Shown here: positions 37,812-48,233 of the stretch, in pieces
Layout: each line of letters opens with the position of its first letter
How positions within the stretch are numbered: position 1 is the first letter of the stretch
NCBI GenBank assembly: GCA_002327305.1
Contig: DCUZ01000016.1
Location: forward strand, 7,873-71,872
From: Holophagales bacterium UBA2201
GTDB taxonomy: Bacteria; Acidobacteriota; Thermoanaerobaculia; UBA2201
Length of the DNA stretch: 64,000 nt
Reading direction: 5' to 3'
Position numbers and translations under genes: made by a program
The notes under the pieces: generated by a model
Told to the model about the DNA's origin: nothing
Databases searched by the model: none
Seen by the model: the letters and a program-made list of their open reading frames with translations, nothing else

Positions 37812-38204
37812 TCACCCCACCTCGACCTCGATGTCCGGGGGCGTTTCGAGGGTCCGGTGGACGGGACAGCCGTGGACGAGGCGCTTGATCAGCGCGTGTT
37901 TGGAGGCCGGAACGTCGCGCGGCAGTTCGATGTCGAGGGTGAAGCGGGTGACGCGGCGGGGCAGATCGCCCTTGACATAGGTTAAGTTCACCGTCACCGG
38001 ACCGTCGGCGTACCCGCGGGCCCGGCACCAGGCCTCCACCGTCATCCCCACGCACGCCCCCAGCGAGGCGGCCAGCAGTTCGACGGGCGAGGGTCCGCGG
38101 TCGGTCCCCCCCGCTTCGGGGTCGGGGTCCACGGCCAATGCGTGCTTCCGAAGGCGCAGGGTCCAGCCGCTCCCCGGTTCGTTCCTGGCGGTGATCAGGT
38201 CCAT
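37812..38204 (-). CDS. OsmC/Ohr family peroxiredoxin-like protein
   Basis: PVELLAASLGACVGMTV...VHGCPV pattern with conserved cysteines. Confidence 0.75.
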   Translation of the reverse strand: MDLITARNEPGSGWTLRLRKHALAVDPDPEAGGTDRGPSPVELLAASLGACVGMTVEAWCRARGYADGPVTVNLTYVKGDLPRRVTRFTLDIELPRDVPASKHALIKRLVHGCPVHRTLETPPDIEVEVG

Positions 38205-38284
38205 GGGACACCTCGTTCGGCAGGGATCGGGTCATTATCGCAGAAATCGCGGGGGCCCGCTTCGGGTACAATGGGTGGCGCGCC

Positions 38285-39667
38285 ATGAGGTCCCCCACCC
38301 GCCTTCTTCTGATCATCGGCCTCGCCGGTCTGGCCCTGACCGCGCTCTTGTTCTGGCGCGGCCAGGCGTTCGGCGACCAGCTCTCTCTCCTCGCCCGCGG
38401 GTGGCTCCTGGCGGCGCGGGGGGAACTGGTCCCCTACGGCAATCCCCTCTCCACCGGCGGGCACGAACCGGGGGCCCTGACCAGCCTGCTCGTCGGCCTC
38501 CCCCTTTTCGCGTGGATGGACTACCGCGCCCCCGTCGTCCCCATCGTCCTGGCGCATCTGCTGGCGTGGTGGCTGTTGGACCGGGTGGTGCGGGAGGCCC
38601 TGGACGGCCGGGCGCGGGTTTTGCTCGGGGTCCTCTTCTGGCTGAGCCCCTGGCGCCTCTATTTCTCCGGCTTCCTGTGGAACCCCAACTACCTCTTCCT
38701 TTTCGGGGCCATGCACCTGTGGTCGGCCTGGCGGCAGGCGGAGCGTCCCCGGTTCTGGGCCAGCGCCGTCCAGGCCCTGGCCATCGGCCTCACCTTCCAA
38801 TTGCACGCCTCCTTCATCCTCCTCGCCGCGGCCTCGGCCCTTCTCTGGTGGCGGGGCTGGCAGCGCCTCCACTGGGGCGGCCTGGCCTTCGGCGGCGCCC
38901 TGGCCTCCCTCACCCTCGTCCCATGGCTCCTGTCACTGGGGACCCACCCGGAGATCACCGCCGCTTCCAAAGGGTTCCTGGGACGGGGCCTGGTGGAGGT
39001 CTACCCGGTCATCCGCGGCCTGGCCTATTGGGTGCGCTACGCCTCCCTGGCGGTGAGCCACAAGATGCTGATCCTCGATTTCTCCCCGTCCCTCGGCCCC
39101 CGGATCGATGTCTGGCTGGCCCCCGCCGTCTCCTGGACAGCCACCGCCGGGGCGGTCCTTACCCTCCCCTTCTCCGCCTGGGCCGACTGGCGCCTCCTGC
39201 GTGAAAGAGGACGCGGTTGGTTTCGCTCCCTGCGCCGCCCCGGCCTGGAGGCCCCGGAGGGGCGCGCCTGGTTGGGCGGCTACGCCGTCCTTTCCCTGGC
39301 CGCGGCGTTCCTGGTCTTCTGTCTCTCCCCCACCACCATCATGTTCTGGCAGGGGATACCCCTGTTCCACGCCGCCCTCCTTCCCCTCCTGCTCTGGGCG
39401 GCCGCCCGCCTCGACGGCCGCCGAGCCCCCTGGATCCGGCGGGCCGCCGCCGCCCTCGCCGTGGCCTCCCTCCTGATGGGAATGGCCATGGCAGCCGGAG
39501 CCCGCCAGTACCGGTGCGAGGGGCGGGGCCACGGCCGGTGGCCCCTGCGGTACGATTCCCGGATGTTCGACGACCTGGGGATGCGGGAGAAATGCCCTTG
39601 GCCGGTCAACGTCCCCGGGGCCGGCTGGCCCGACGGCCTGCCTCCGGAGGGGCCCCTGGCGCCGTGA
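38285..39667 (+). CDS. hypothetical polytopic membrane protein
   Basis: 460 aa, Trp/Leu-rich TM helices. It overlaps the next gene (GTGA). Confidence 0.4.
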   Translation: MRSPTRLLLIIGLAGLALTALLFWRGQAFGDQLSLLARGWLLAARGELVPYGNPLSTGGHEPGALTSLLVGLPLFAWMDYRAPVVPIVLAHLLAWWLLDRVVREALDGRARVLLGVLFWLSPWRLYFSGFLWNPNYLFLFGAMHLWSAWRQAERPRFWASAVQALAIGLTFQLHASFILLAAASALLWWRGWQRLHWGGLAFGGALASLTLVPWLLSLGTHPEITAASKGFLGRGLVEVYPVIRGLAYWVRYASLAVSHKMLILDFSPSLGPRIDVWLAPAVSWTATAGAVLTLPFSAWADWRLLRERGRGWFRSLRRPGLEAPEGRAWLGGYAVLSLAAAFLVFCLSPTTIMFWQGIPLFHAALLPLLLWAAARLDGRRAPWIRRAAAALAVASLLMGMAMAAGARQYRCEGRGHGRWPLRYDSRMFDDLGMREKCPWPVNVPGAGWPDGLPPEGPLAP

Positions 39668-40881
39668 TCGAAGGCCTCTTCGCTCTCACGATCATGGCGG
39701 TCGGGATGGCGGCCGCGGGCCTGTACCTCCAGCGGGTGCTGCGCTTGGAGAAACACCATCGGACCGTATCGCTTGCCCGACAATTCAATCTCTCCATGGA
39801 TGGAGGCACGGCCCGCGGGATCTGGAACGGGCATCCGATGGAGGTGAGAGTGCGTGACCTGCACAGATATGGAGGAATGGATCTTGACCTGCGTGTGGGA
39901 GGAGCGAACCCCAGAATAGCCATCACCCGGGAACCGGTCTTATTAATCCGCCGTCTCCCCCCTCCACCCGGCCCTTTTCTGCCCGTCGCCTTGAGCGCCG
40001 GCTACCGGGAACCCGACGACATCGTGACGGGAGACGGGGAGTTCGATGCATTGATTCGTGTTAAGGGCCCCATCGGATTCGGCGTGGGGATTTTGGATCG
40101 GGAAACGCGACGCCTCATCCAAGCGGTGGACGGATTGGGATCCGACACCACCAGAGTGTGGTCGAACGGGACAGGGATACAGGTGAAGGAGGGATGGATT
40201 ACCCTGCGACAGCGGGATCACCGAGCCGGCCCTGACACCGACATCGGATACTGGTTGAAATTGATGGTCGAGCTGGCGGAGGCGCTGGCCAAGCGCGGCC
40301 GGGCCCGTCCCCTTGACAACCTGCTGGAGAACTTCCGCTCCGAACGGGACCCGGAGGTGCGGCGGGTCAACCTGGCCTGCCTGGGCGCCTACTATCCCGT
40401 CGCCCCGGAGACCCTCGAAGCGAGCCGCGAGGCGCTGGGGGACCCGGGGAGCGACTGGCTCCGCCTCCAGGGCGCGGTCAACCTGCGCCGGGAAGGATGG
40501 CCGGCCCTCCAGGCCCTCGCGGACGACTCCACCCGGCTGGACGGCGTAAGGGCCGCCGCCCTGCGGGCCCTGGGGCTCTCCCTTCCACCCGGCGAGGCGG
40601 AGCCCCTGCTCCTCGCGCATCTGGATTCGCCGGATCCCGGCCTGGCCCTTTCCGCCGTGGATACATTGGGCGACGTCGGCCGCACGGCCGCCATGGCGGC
40701 GCGCCTGGACCGGTGGGCCGGGGGCCGCGAGGAAAAGGCGGAGATGAAAATCGGACGGGAGGCCGCGGCGAAGGTGCGGGCGCGGCTTTCGGGGGCCGGG
40801 CCGGGCCGCCTGTCGCTGGAGGAAACGGTGGAGGAGGGGCGCCTCAGCCATCCGGGGGAGGGGCCCGACCCGCGACCCTGA
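39664..40881 (+). CDS. hypothetical protein with N-terminal TM helix and helical-repeat (HEAT-like) C-terminal region
   Basis: GTG start overlapping the upstream stop. Features TM helix LFALTIMAVGMAAAGLY then repeats like VRRVNLACLGAY.., VRAAALRALG.., LALSAVDTLG. Confidence 0.35.
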   Translation: MIEGLFALTIMAVGMAAAGLYLQRVLRLEKHHRTVSLARQFNLSMDGGTARGIWNGHPMEVRVRDLHRYGGMDLDLRVGGANPRIAITREPVLLIRRLPPPPGPFLPVALSAGYREPDDIVTGDGEFDALIRVKGPIGFGVGILDRETRRLIQAVDGLGSDTTRVWSNGTGIQVKEGWITLRQRDHRAGPDTDIGYWLKLMVELAEALAKRGRARPLDNLLENFRSERDPEVRRVNLACLGAYYPVAPETLEASREALGDPGSDWLRLQGAVNLRREGWPALQALADDSTRLDGVRAAALRALGLSLPPGEAEPLLLAHLDSPDPGLALSAVDTLGDVGRTAAMAARLDRWAGGREEKAEMKIGREAAAKVRARLSGAGPGRLSLEETVEEGRLSHPGEGPDPRP

Positions 40882-40945
40882 CGGCCCCCCTTGTCATGAT
40901 CAGGGAATACGGGGGCATATCGGTTATAATATCCGCTCATGCACC

Positions 40946-43012
40946 ATGAAAGACGGACTCCGGAAACTGGCGGCCATCCTGTTCACCGACATCGTCGGGT
41001 ACAGTTCGCTCGCGGAAGCCGATGAACGGCTGACGCTGGAACTGCTGGAAGAGCACCGTCAACTCATCCGCCCCATCCTTTTACGCCACAACGGACGCGA
41101 GATCAAGACCATCGGCGACGCCTTCATGGTGAAGTTCGCCTCCGCCGTCGAGGCCGTGCAGTGTGCCCTCGACATCCAGGTGCGCCTGCGGAAGCGGAAC
41201 CTCAAGGAGCCCCCCCGGCGGCAGGTCCGGGTGCGCGTGGGGATCCACCTCGGGGATGTCGTCCACGAGGACAACGACCTCTTCGGCGAGGGGGTGAACA
41301 TCGCCTCGCGCATCGTCCCCCTGGCCGAACCGGGCGGGGTGTGTCTGACGGAGGCGGTGAGGGCCCAGGTGCACAATAAACTGGCCTACCCCCTCGAACC
41401 GCTCGGCCGCCGGAAACTGCGCAACCTTCAGGTCCCGGCGGAGCTCTACCGGGTGGTCTTCCCCTGGTCGGAGGCCGAAGCGCCGGAGGCGGGCCTGCGG
41501 CGCTGGCTCAAGCCGTTCATCCTCATCCCGACCGTCCTGGCCCTGGCGGGACTGGCCGGGGGCGCCTTCCTCCTCCTTCACGGGAAGCGCCCCGCCGCCA
41601 CCCCGCCCTCCCCTGTCCCGGCCCCCGTACGGTCCATCGCCGTCCTCCCCCTGGCCGACTTCTCCGCCCGCCCCGATACGGCGTACTTCGCCGACGGGAT
41701 GACGGAGGCGCTCATCACCGACCTGGCCAAGGTGCGGGCGCTGAAGGTGATCTCCCGCACCTCGATGATGCGCTACAAGGGGACGGAAAAATCGGTCCCC
41801 GAGATCGCGCGCGAATTGGGGGTGGAGGCGGTCCTGGAGGGGTCCATCACCCGGGAGGGCCGCCGCGTGCGCATCTCCGCCAAACTGCTCGAGGCCAGGA
41901 CGGACCGCACCCTGTGGGCGGAATCCTACGAGCGGGAGACCCGCGACGTTTTGGCCCTCCAGCGGGAGGTGGCCCGCGCCATCGCCCAGGCGGTGCAGGT
42001 GCGCCTCACCCCCCTGGAGGAGGCCTCCCTCGGACAGGCGCGGCCGGTGGACCCCGCGGCCTACGACGCCTACCTGCAGGGGCTCTACCACTGGAACCGG
42101 CGCACCCGGACCGACCTGGAGGCGAGCGTCCGCCTCTTCAGGGAATCCATGGACGCGGACCCCGGCTATGCCCCCGCCTACGCCGGCCTGGCCGGGGCGC
42201 GCGTCGTGATGGCCGACTGGGGTTACGAGGATCCGGCGCGAATGTACGGCGAGGCCCGCGCCATGGCGGAGAAGGCCGTCGCCCTCGACCCCCTGCTGGC
42301 CGAGGCCCACACCGCCATGGGGGCCTGGCATGTCCACCGGTGGGAGTGGCGGGACGCGGAAGCGGCGTTCAAGCGGGCGCTGGAGATCAATCCCGGGTAC
42401 GCCACCGCCCACCAGTGGTACGCCGAGATCCTCCTCTCCATCGGCCGCTTCCCCGAGGCCCTCGCCCACGCCCGCACCGCCTGCGACCTCGACCCCCTCT
42501 CCCTCATCGCCCGGACCATCCTGGGCGTCACCCTCTACCAGTCCCGCCAGTACGACCCCGCCATCGCCGAACTTGAAAAGACCCTCGAAATGGACCCGGG
42601 GTTCTTCCTCGCCCGGCGCGCCCTGTGGTTCTGCCACATCATGAAGGGGGACGCCGGGCGGGCCGCGGCCGAGTACCGGCGCCTCCTGGAGGATACCGGG
42701 GCCGGCGGCGCGGCCCTGGCGGCCTTCGACGGGGCCTACGGCCGGGACGGCATCCGCGGCGTCTGGCGATGGCTCCTCGACGAAGGGATCCCCCTCGTCC
42801 CCCAGCCCTACAGCCAACCCTACTACTACGCCACCTACCATGCCTTCCTGGGGGAGAACGCGGCGGCGCTGGACCGGCTGGAGGAGGCCCTGGCCCTGCG
42901 CTCGTCCAACCTTTCCCAAGTGGCCACCGATCCCGCCATGGACGCCCTGCGGAACGAACCCCGGTTCCGGGACCTGCTCAGGACCATGGGCCTGGAAGGC
43001 GTCGCCCCTTGA
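40946..43012 (+). CDS. class III adenylate/guanylate cyclase domain protein with TM segment and C-terminal TPR repeats
   Basis: Cyclase homology domain motifs FTDIVGYS, IKTIGDAFM, GIHLGDVV, GEGVNIASRI. Then a TM helix and TPR-like repeats. Confidence 0.7.
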   Translation: MKDGLRKLAAILFTDIVGYSSLAEADERLTLELLEEHRQLIRPILLRHNGREIKTIGDAFMVKFASAVEAVQCALDIQVRLRKRNLKEPPRRQVRVRVGIHLGDVVHEDNDLFGEGVNIASRIVPLAEPGGVCLTEAVRAQVHNKLAYPLEPLGRRKLRNLQVPAELYRVVFPWSEAEAPEAGLRRWLKPFILIPTVLALAGLAGGAFLLLHGKRPAATPPSPVPAPVRSIAVLPLADFSARPDTAYFADGMTEALITDLAKVRALKVISRTSMMRYKGTEKSVPEIARELGVEAVLEGSITREGRRVRISAKLLEARTDRTLWAESYERETRDVLALQREVARAIAQAVQVRLTPLEEASLGQARPVDPAAYDAYLQGLYHWNRRTRTDLEASVRLFRESMDADPGYAPAYAGLAGARVVMADWGYEDPARMYGEARAMAEKAVALDPLLAEAHTAMGAWHVHRWEWRDAEAAFKRALEINPGYATAHQWYAEILLSIGRFPEALAHARTACDLDPLSLIARTILGVTLYQSRQYDPAIAELEKTLEMDPGFFLARRALWFCHIMKGDAGRAAAEYRRLLEDTGAGGAALAAFDGAYGRDGIRGVWRWLLDEGIPLVPQPYSQPYYYATYHAFLGENAAALDRLEEALALRSSNLSQVATDPAMDALRNEPRFRDLLRTMGLEGVAP

Positions 43013-43602
43013 ACCACCCCCCCGAGCCCCTCCCCCTCCTCCGTTTTCCCGGCGCCGTCACCGTGGTGGACACGACGGCGAAACTGGACGCCATGGCGGG
43101 CATGATGGCGGCCGAACCCCTTCTGGGATTCGACACGGAGACGCGCCCCGCGTTCCGGAAAGGGGAGAAACACCCCCCCGCCCTGGTCCAACTGGCGACG
43201 GACGGGATGGCCTGCATCGTCCAACTCCGGAAGACGGGATTTTCGGAAACCCTGGCCGCCCTGCTGGCCGACGGACGCGTCCTGAAGGCGGGGGTGGGGA
43301 TCCGGGACGACCTCAAGGCCCTGCAGGAACTGCGCCCCTTCGAACCGGCAGGGTTCGTGGACCTGGGCGAACTCGCCAGGCAGCGCGGCATCGCCGAACG
43401 GGGGGTCCGGTCCCTCGCCATGCGGTTCCTCGGCGGCCGGATCTCGAAGGGGGCGCAAACCTCCAACTGGGCCGCCGCCGTCCTCACCGAGCGGCAGTTG
43501 CGCTACGCCGCCACCGACGCGTGGGCGTGTTATAAACTATTTTTCCATCTTGGGGAAAAAAGTCGTTCCCTGCAAGCCGGGGACGCCGGGGGAAGACCCT
43601 AA
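43009..43602 (+). CDS. 3'-5' exonuclease domain protein (RNase D/DnaQ-like)
   Basis: LGFDTETRP (Exo I), VQLATDGMACIV, YAATDAWACYKLF (Exo III). TTG start overlapping the upstream stop (TTGA). Confidence 0.65.
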   Translation: MNHPPEPLPLLRFPGAVTVVDTTAKLDAMAGMMAAEPLLGFDTETRPAFRKGEKHPPALVQLATDGMACIVQLRKTGFSETLAALLADGRVLKAGVGIRDDLKALQELRPFEPAGFVDLGELARQRGIAERGVRSLAMRFLGGRISKGAQTSNWAAAVLTERQLRYAATDAWACYKLFFHLGEKSRSLQAGDAGGRP

Positions 43603-43608
43603 GAACGC

Positions 43609-43809
43609 TTAACGGGAATCGGTGAACCCCTGGTCCAGCGCCTTCGCGTACTCCTCGGGCGCGAACCCGGGGCACCGACGATCGAGCTCGTCCATCAGAA
43701 AATTCCACACTTGAGGCCATTCCTTTCGGCTTAATCCGGGCCAGCGATTGTCCCGATATTCATCCGCGACCGCATAGGCCTCGGACGAGAGCCGGTCCCG
43801 GCGGGGCAT
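43609..43809 (-). CDS. small hypothetical protein
   Basis: 67 aa with a start overlapping the phosphatase stop (TGATG). No recognisable motif. Confidence 0.3.
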   Translation of the reverse strand: MPRRDRLSSEAYAVADEYRDNRWPGLSRKEWPQVWNFLMDELDRRCPGFAPEEYAKALDQGFTDSR

Positions 43810-44846
43810 CACGGGAGGAGGGGCGGCGTGTCCGGCGCGGCCGGGGGAGCGACCCTCAGGAACGAGAGGCGGGGCGGGCGGCCGTAATCGGAAAACCACG
43901 CGCGATGTTCCTCCACCATATCCACCGCCATGAGGTAGAGTCCCGGGGCCGCGGGGGCCGCAAAAACCAGGGTCCAGTCCCGGCTCGCCCCGACGGCCAC
44001 CCCTCCCTCCTCCATCCCGGCGCGACAGGCGTCCCACCCCTCGTTGCGGTGATCATAGTAGTAGTCCTCCGGATCGGCGGGGGGCCCGATAAACGGTCCG
44101 TACAGCCGGACGCCGAGGCGGATGCCGCGTTCCGGTCCGGCCGAAAGGACCCAGGGCCGCGACCCGGTATTGGTGACCCGCACGGGGTGGCGCACCGGGT
44201 CGGATGCCGTCGCCTCGGCTGGAGGTTCCCCGGCTTCGAGGGCGAAACGGAACTCCTCCGGGCAATAGGCGCGCTCCACATAATCCACGAGGGCCGCGCG
44301 GTCCGGCGGCCGCCCCTCGTTGACGCACCAGGCCTCGAACCCGTCCACGAACCGTCTCTGCGGGTTCCCCTTCAGGCGGAGACGCTTGCCGAAATCGCGC
44401 ACCCAGGAGGCGGCCTCGTCGAAGGGCCGGTCCCACAGCATCAGGGCCAGGAATGCCCCGAGGGAGGACCGGTCGATGCCGGAATGGCAGTGGATGAGGA
44501 TCGGTTCGGGCAGGGAGGGGAAACGGCGGATGTACCGTTCGAGCATGTGCCTGGGCGGGTCCGTGGAGGCCATGAACGGGAGGTCGAGACGCATGATGCC
44601 GGCCCGGTCGGTGCAGGCCTTCTCCGCCAGATGATCGGCGCTTCCCTTCGCAGGGTCCCGCAAACTGACGATGGAGCGGATGCCGAGGTCGCGGATCCAG
44701 CGTTCACATTGGCCGCCGCGCGGCTGGCCCGACAGGTACAGATGACCGGGGACCACCGTGCGGGGAGTGATTACGGCGCAGGAGAAGAGGCCGAGCAGAA
44801 AAACACCCAAGCTTATTTTGCGTTCCACGGGGAGGAATTGTAGCAC
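43809..44846 (-). CDS. dual-specificity/tyrosine protein phosphatase domain protein
   Basis: CX5R active site HCHSGIDRS, an N-terminal signal/TM, and a C-terminal extra domain of unknown function. Confidence 0.6.
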   Translation of the reverse strand: MLQFLPVERKISLGVFLLGLFSCAVITPRTVVPGHLYLSGQPRGGQCERWIRDLGIRSIVSLRDPAKGSADHLAEKACTDRAGIMRLDLPFMASTDPPRHMLERYIRRFPSLPEPILIHCHSGIDRSSLGAFLALMLWDRPFDEAASWVRDFGKRLRLKGNPQRRFVDGFEAWCVNEGRPPDRAALVDYVERAYCPEEFRFALEAGEPPAEATASDPVRHPVRVTNTGSRPWVLSAGPERGIRLGVRLYGPFIGPPADPEDYYYDHRNEGWDACRAGMEEGGVAVGASRDWTLVFAAPAAPGLYLMAVDMVEEHRAWFSDYGRPPRLSFLRVAPPAAPDTPPLLP

Positions 44847-44948
44847 AGCGTCCGCGGCTCGCCGTCAGGCCCGCGGGATTGGAGCACCGGGTGCCGGAAC
44901 GGCCGCCTGTTCATTGACAGTCAAAGTCGCGGCCTATACAATACCGCC

Positions 44949-46844
44949 GTGCAACAAATCGGGCGCTACACCATCGAACGGGAAGCCGGCCGGGGGGCGA
45001 TGGGAATCGTCTACCTCGCCGTGGACCCCGTCCTGGACCGCCGCGTGGCCCTCAAAACCGTCCGCCTCCCCGAGGCGCTGGACGAGGGGGAGCGGGCGGA
45101 GTACATCAGGCGCTTCTACCGCGAGGCGCAGGCCGCCGGCAAGCTCTCCCACCCCGGCATCGTCACGATCTACGACGCGGGTTTCGACGAGACCTCCCGG
45201 TCCCATTTCATCGCCATGGAGTTCATCGCCGGGGTCACCCTCAAGCAGTTCATCTCCGACGGCCTCCGCCTCGCCCCGCGCCAGGCGGCCTTCATCGCCG
45301 CCGGCGTGGCCGAGGCCCTGGACTACGCCCACGCCCAGGGGGTCGTCCACCGCGACATCAAACCCGCCAACATCATCCTCACCGACCGCGGCGCCGTCAA
45401 GATCGCCGATTTCGGCATCGCGAAGGTCCCCTCGTCCCATCTGACGATGGAGGGCACCTACCTCGGGACCCCCGCCTACACCTCCCCCGAACAGGTGCTG
45501 GGGCGGGTGGTGGACGGGCGCAGCGACCTCTTTTCCCTGGGCATCGTCCTTTACGAGCTCCTCGCCGGGCGCAAGCCCTTCCCGGCGGACCATTTGGGCC
45601 AACTCTTCCACGCCATCGCCTACGAGCCCCACCCCCCCCTCGGGGAGATTCTGCCCGGCTGTCCCCCCGCCCTCGCCGCCGTGGTGGACCGCGCCCTCCA
45701 CAAGGACGCCTCCGCCCGGTACGCCGGCGGCCTCGACTTCGCCCGCGATTTGAAAGCCTTTCTCGGTCCCGGAGAGTCCGCCTCCCTGGAGACCGACGGG
45801 CCCTTGGATGCGGGAGGTGGGGCCCAAGAGGCCGGACACTTGGCGCAAAACCCCCTGGACGACCTCCTCGCCTACCTGGAGGAGACCACCCGCCGCCTGG
45901 CCCCGGAGAATACCCCCGTCTCCCCCGGCCGCAAGGCGGCCCCAGGGCTCGGGCCGGGGTTCCGCGGCCGCGCTCTCCAATGGCTTGGGGGGGGAAGGGG
46001 CACGGGTTGGCTGGCCAGGGAGTTGAAAGCTCCCCTCGCTCTCTTTCTCGTCGCCGGCACCACCCTCGCGGCGGCGGCGGGCCTGGGAACGCTCTGGATG
46101 GAAGCCCGGGAAAATTCCAGCGCGAATTACGCCTCTCTCGCGGAGCCCGTCCCGGCTTGGCGGGGCGAGATCCGGACGGGGCGGGCGGAATTGGAGGCGG
46201 GCGAGGCGGAGCGGGCCTTGGCGCGGTTTCAGGACCTCCGCCTCCGACGCCCCCAGTCGCCCGCCCTGGCCGACCTCACCGGAGCCGCCCTGGAAGGATT
46301 GTTGGAGTCCCTGGCGGCATCCCTCCCGCCGCAACAGCAGGTCCAGCGCCTCCAGGTGATGGGAGAGGTGGCCCGCCGGGAAGGCGACACCGCCAGCGCG
46401 GCGGAGTTCTTCCAGGCGGCCCTGCGGATCGAACCCCAGAACCCGGCCGCCGCCGCCGCCCTTGAGGCCGTCTCAGCCGTCCCTTCTCCGACCCCACCCC
46501 CTCCGGCCCCCGAGGGACCGTCATCCCCGGCCCTGCGGCTCAGGTTCGACAGCCCCGTCCCCAAGGGCTACATTCTCGTCCATGCCGACGAGGCACAGAT
46601 CCTGCGGAGGGCGTTCTCCTTCAACGGCAAGGATGCATTGGAGGGCGGAATCCGGGGCCGGCTGGACGAACCCCTCCCGCTCCAACCCGGCCGGCACACG
46701 GTGAAGGTGTGGGTCACGGTCAAAGGGAAGCCGGAGTACACGGTCCACGGGTCCCTGCCGGTGGACCTGGTCCCGGGCCGGACGGCCGTCCTGGCCGTCG
46801 GGCTCGACCAGGCCGAGCAGAAGCTTTCCCTCTCCCTGAAATAG
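44949..46844 (+). CDS. serine/threonine protein kinase
   Basis: Gly loop GRGAMGIVY, VALK, HRDIKPANIIL, DFGIA, and a long C-terminal non-kinase region. Confidence 0.85.
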   Translation: MQQIGRYTIEREAGRGAMGIVYLAVDPVLDRRVALKTVRLPEALDEGERAEYIRRFYREAQAAGKLSHPGIVTIYDAGFDETSRSHFIAMEFIAGVTLKQFISDGLRLAPRQAAFIAAGVAEALDYAHAQGVVHRDIKPANIILTDRGAVKIADFGIAKVPSSHLTMEGTYLGTPAYTSPEQVLGRVVDGRSDLFSLGIVLYELLAGRKPFPADHLGQLFHAIAYEPHPPLGEILPGCPPALAAVVDRALHKDASARYAGGLDFARDLKAFLGPGESASLETDGPLDAGGGAQEAGHLAQNPLDDLLAYLEETTRRLAPENTPVSPGRKAAPGLGPGFRGRALQWLGGGRGTGWLARELKAPLALFLVAGTTLAAAAGLGTLWMEARENSSANYASLAEPVPAWRGEIRTGRAELEAGEAERALARFQDLRLRRPQSPALADLTGAALEGLLESLAASLPPQQQVQRLQVMGEVARREGDTASAAEFFQAALRIEPQNPAAAAALEAVSAVPSPTPPPPAPEGPSSPALRLRFDSPVPKGYILVHADEAQILRRAFSFNGKDALEGGIRGRLDEPLPLQPGRHTVKVWVTVKGKPEYTVHGSLPVDLVPGRTAVLAVGLDQAEQKLSLSLK

Positions 46845-46885
46845 GCCGCTGTCGCGCGGCGGTCCGGAATGGGGCCCAGGCCGTA

Positions 46886-47866
46886 TCAGGACAGCCTTCG
46901 GATGACCAACACCGCCAGATCGTCGGTCCGGGGGGCGCCGGCCCGGTGCGCCCGCCAGGCGGCCAGGACGGCCCCCAGCACCGCGTCGGCCGGCAGTCCC
47001 GCCGTGGCCGCGATGATGGACTCCACCGGCGCCCGGCCGAACTCCTGCCCGGCGGGGTCGGCGGCCTCGGAGAGGCCGTCGGTATAGACGGCCAGAGCGT
47101 CCCCCGGCGCCAACTTGAGCGTCCGGACCGCGGCGCTCTCCTCGCAGAACACCCCCAGCGGGAGGCCCGTGGCCTCCAGCGCCGTCACCGCCCCGCCCAA
47201 ACGCGCCAGTACGGGGGGGTGCCCGGCGTTGCAGAGGGCCGCCGACCCGTCGGGCCTCACGCGCCCGCACACCAGCGTGGCGTAGTGCATGGGGAGGGTG
47301 ACCTGGCAGAAGAGGCGGCCGGCCTGCTCCACCATCCCCTCCAGCGGCAGGTCGAGCGGGGCGAGGGTGCGGAAGATGGCGTGCAGTTGGGACATGAGCA
47401 TCGAGGCGGCGATCCCCTTCCCCGAGACGTCCCCGAGGATGAAATAGAACCCGCCATCCGGCGCCGGGATGAGGTCGCAGTAGTCACCGCTGACGGCGCC
47501 GAGGGGTTCGTAATGATAGGCCACCTCCCAGCCGGGCGCGACGAAATCGCGCGGCGGCAGGAGCCCCCGCTGGACCTGGGCGGCCAGCGCCATGTCGGCC
47601 TCCAGGGCCCGGGCCGCCGCCGGCGGAAGATGGTCGAGGCAGAAGGTCTCCATGGGGTTGGCCAGCAGGCGGTCGGTCTCCACGGGATCGTGGCACACCT
47701 CGCAGAGGCCGTAGGTGCCGCCGTCCATCCGGGCCAGGGCGGCGTCCACCTGCTCGAGGAGGCGGGTCACCTCGGCGGGGGGACAGCAGTCCCCGGCCGG
47801 GCCTTTGAGCTTGCTCCGACGGTCCAGCAGTTCGGAGCGCAGGGTTTCTTCAATACGGACGCTCAT
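46886..47866 (-). CDS. PP2C/SpoIIE-family protein phosphatase with N-terminal TraR/DksA-like zinc-finger region
   Basis: GDVSGKGIAASMLM and DGLSEA PP2C motifs. The N-terminal has CEVCHDP...FCLDH. The start is at the ATG with GGGAGGA upstream (track ORF over-extended). Confidence 0.75.
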   Translation of the reverse strand: MSVRIEETLRSELLDRRSKLKGPAGDCCPPAEVTRLLEQVDAALARMDGGTYGLCEVCHDPVETDRLLANPMETFCLDHLPPAAARALEADMALAAQVQRGLLPPRDFVAPGWEVAYHYEPLGAVSGDYCDLIPAPDGGFYFILGDVSGKGIAASMLMSQLHAIFRTLAPLDLPLEGMVEQAGRLFCQVTLPMHYATLVCGRVRPDGSAALCNAGHPPVLARLGGAVTALEATGLPLGVFCEESAAVRTLKLAPGDALAVYTDGLSEAADPAGQEFGRAPVESIIAATAGLPADAVLGAVLAAWRAHRAGAPRTDDLAVLVIRRLS

Positions 47867-48233
47867 GCGGTCCTCCCGGGGATCATGGTTCCCCGATGAT
47901 ACCACGCCTGGAGGCGTGGATCTATTCGGTCGACCGCTCCGGCCCATCGGCGAGGAGATGCTTGTGGCCGCCTTCCCCGGTCTCCCGGGGGCTCTGCGCA
48001 AGCAGTGCCCCCGGGAGACCACTGGTCCCGACGCCGCTCCTCGTCTCGGGGGAGGGGGTATGGGGCTGGTTGCCCCCCGGGCCGCTCCGATCTTCACCGG
48101 GGCGGCTCCCAGGCCAGCCCCCACTGCGCTAATTATATTTCGCAAAGAAACGACCCTCCGTATCAATGCTATGCGAACTTATTGACCTGTCTTTTCACAA
48201 TGAAAATCTATTTTTCCACAGCTATATTGGCAT

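Noticed and set aside
35552-47899. Further long antisense ORFs (35552-37579, 35748-37697, 38195-38872, 41081-42919, 44934-46334, 46709-47899)
   Set aside because: Same GC shadow-frame artefact. They overlap the ECF sigma factor, permease, cyclase, kinase and phosphatase genes, which have clear family motifs.
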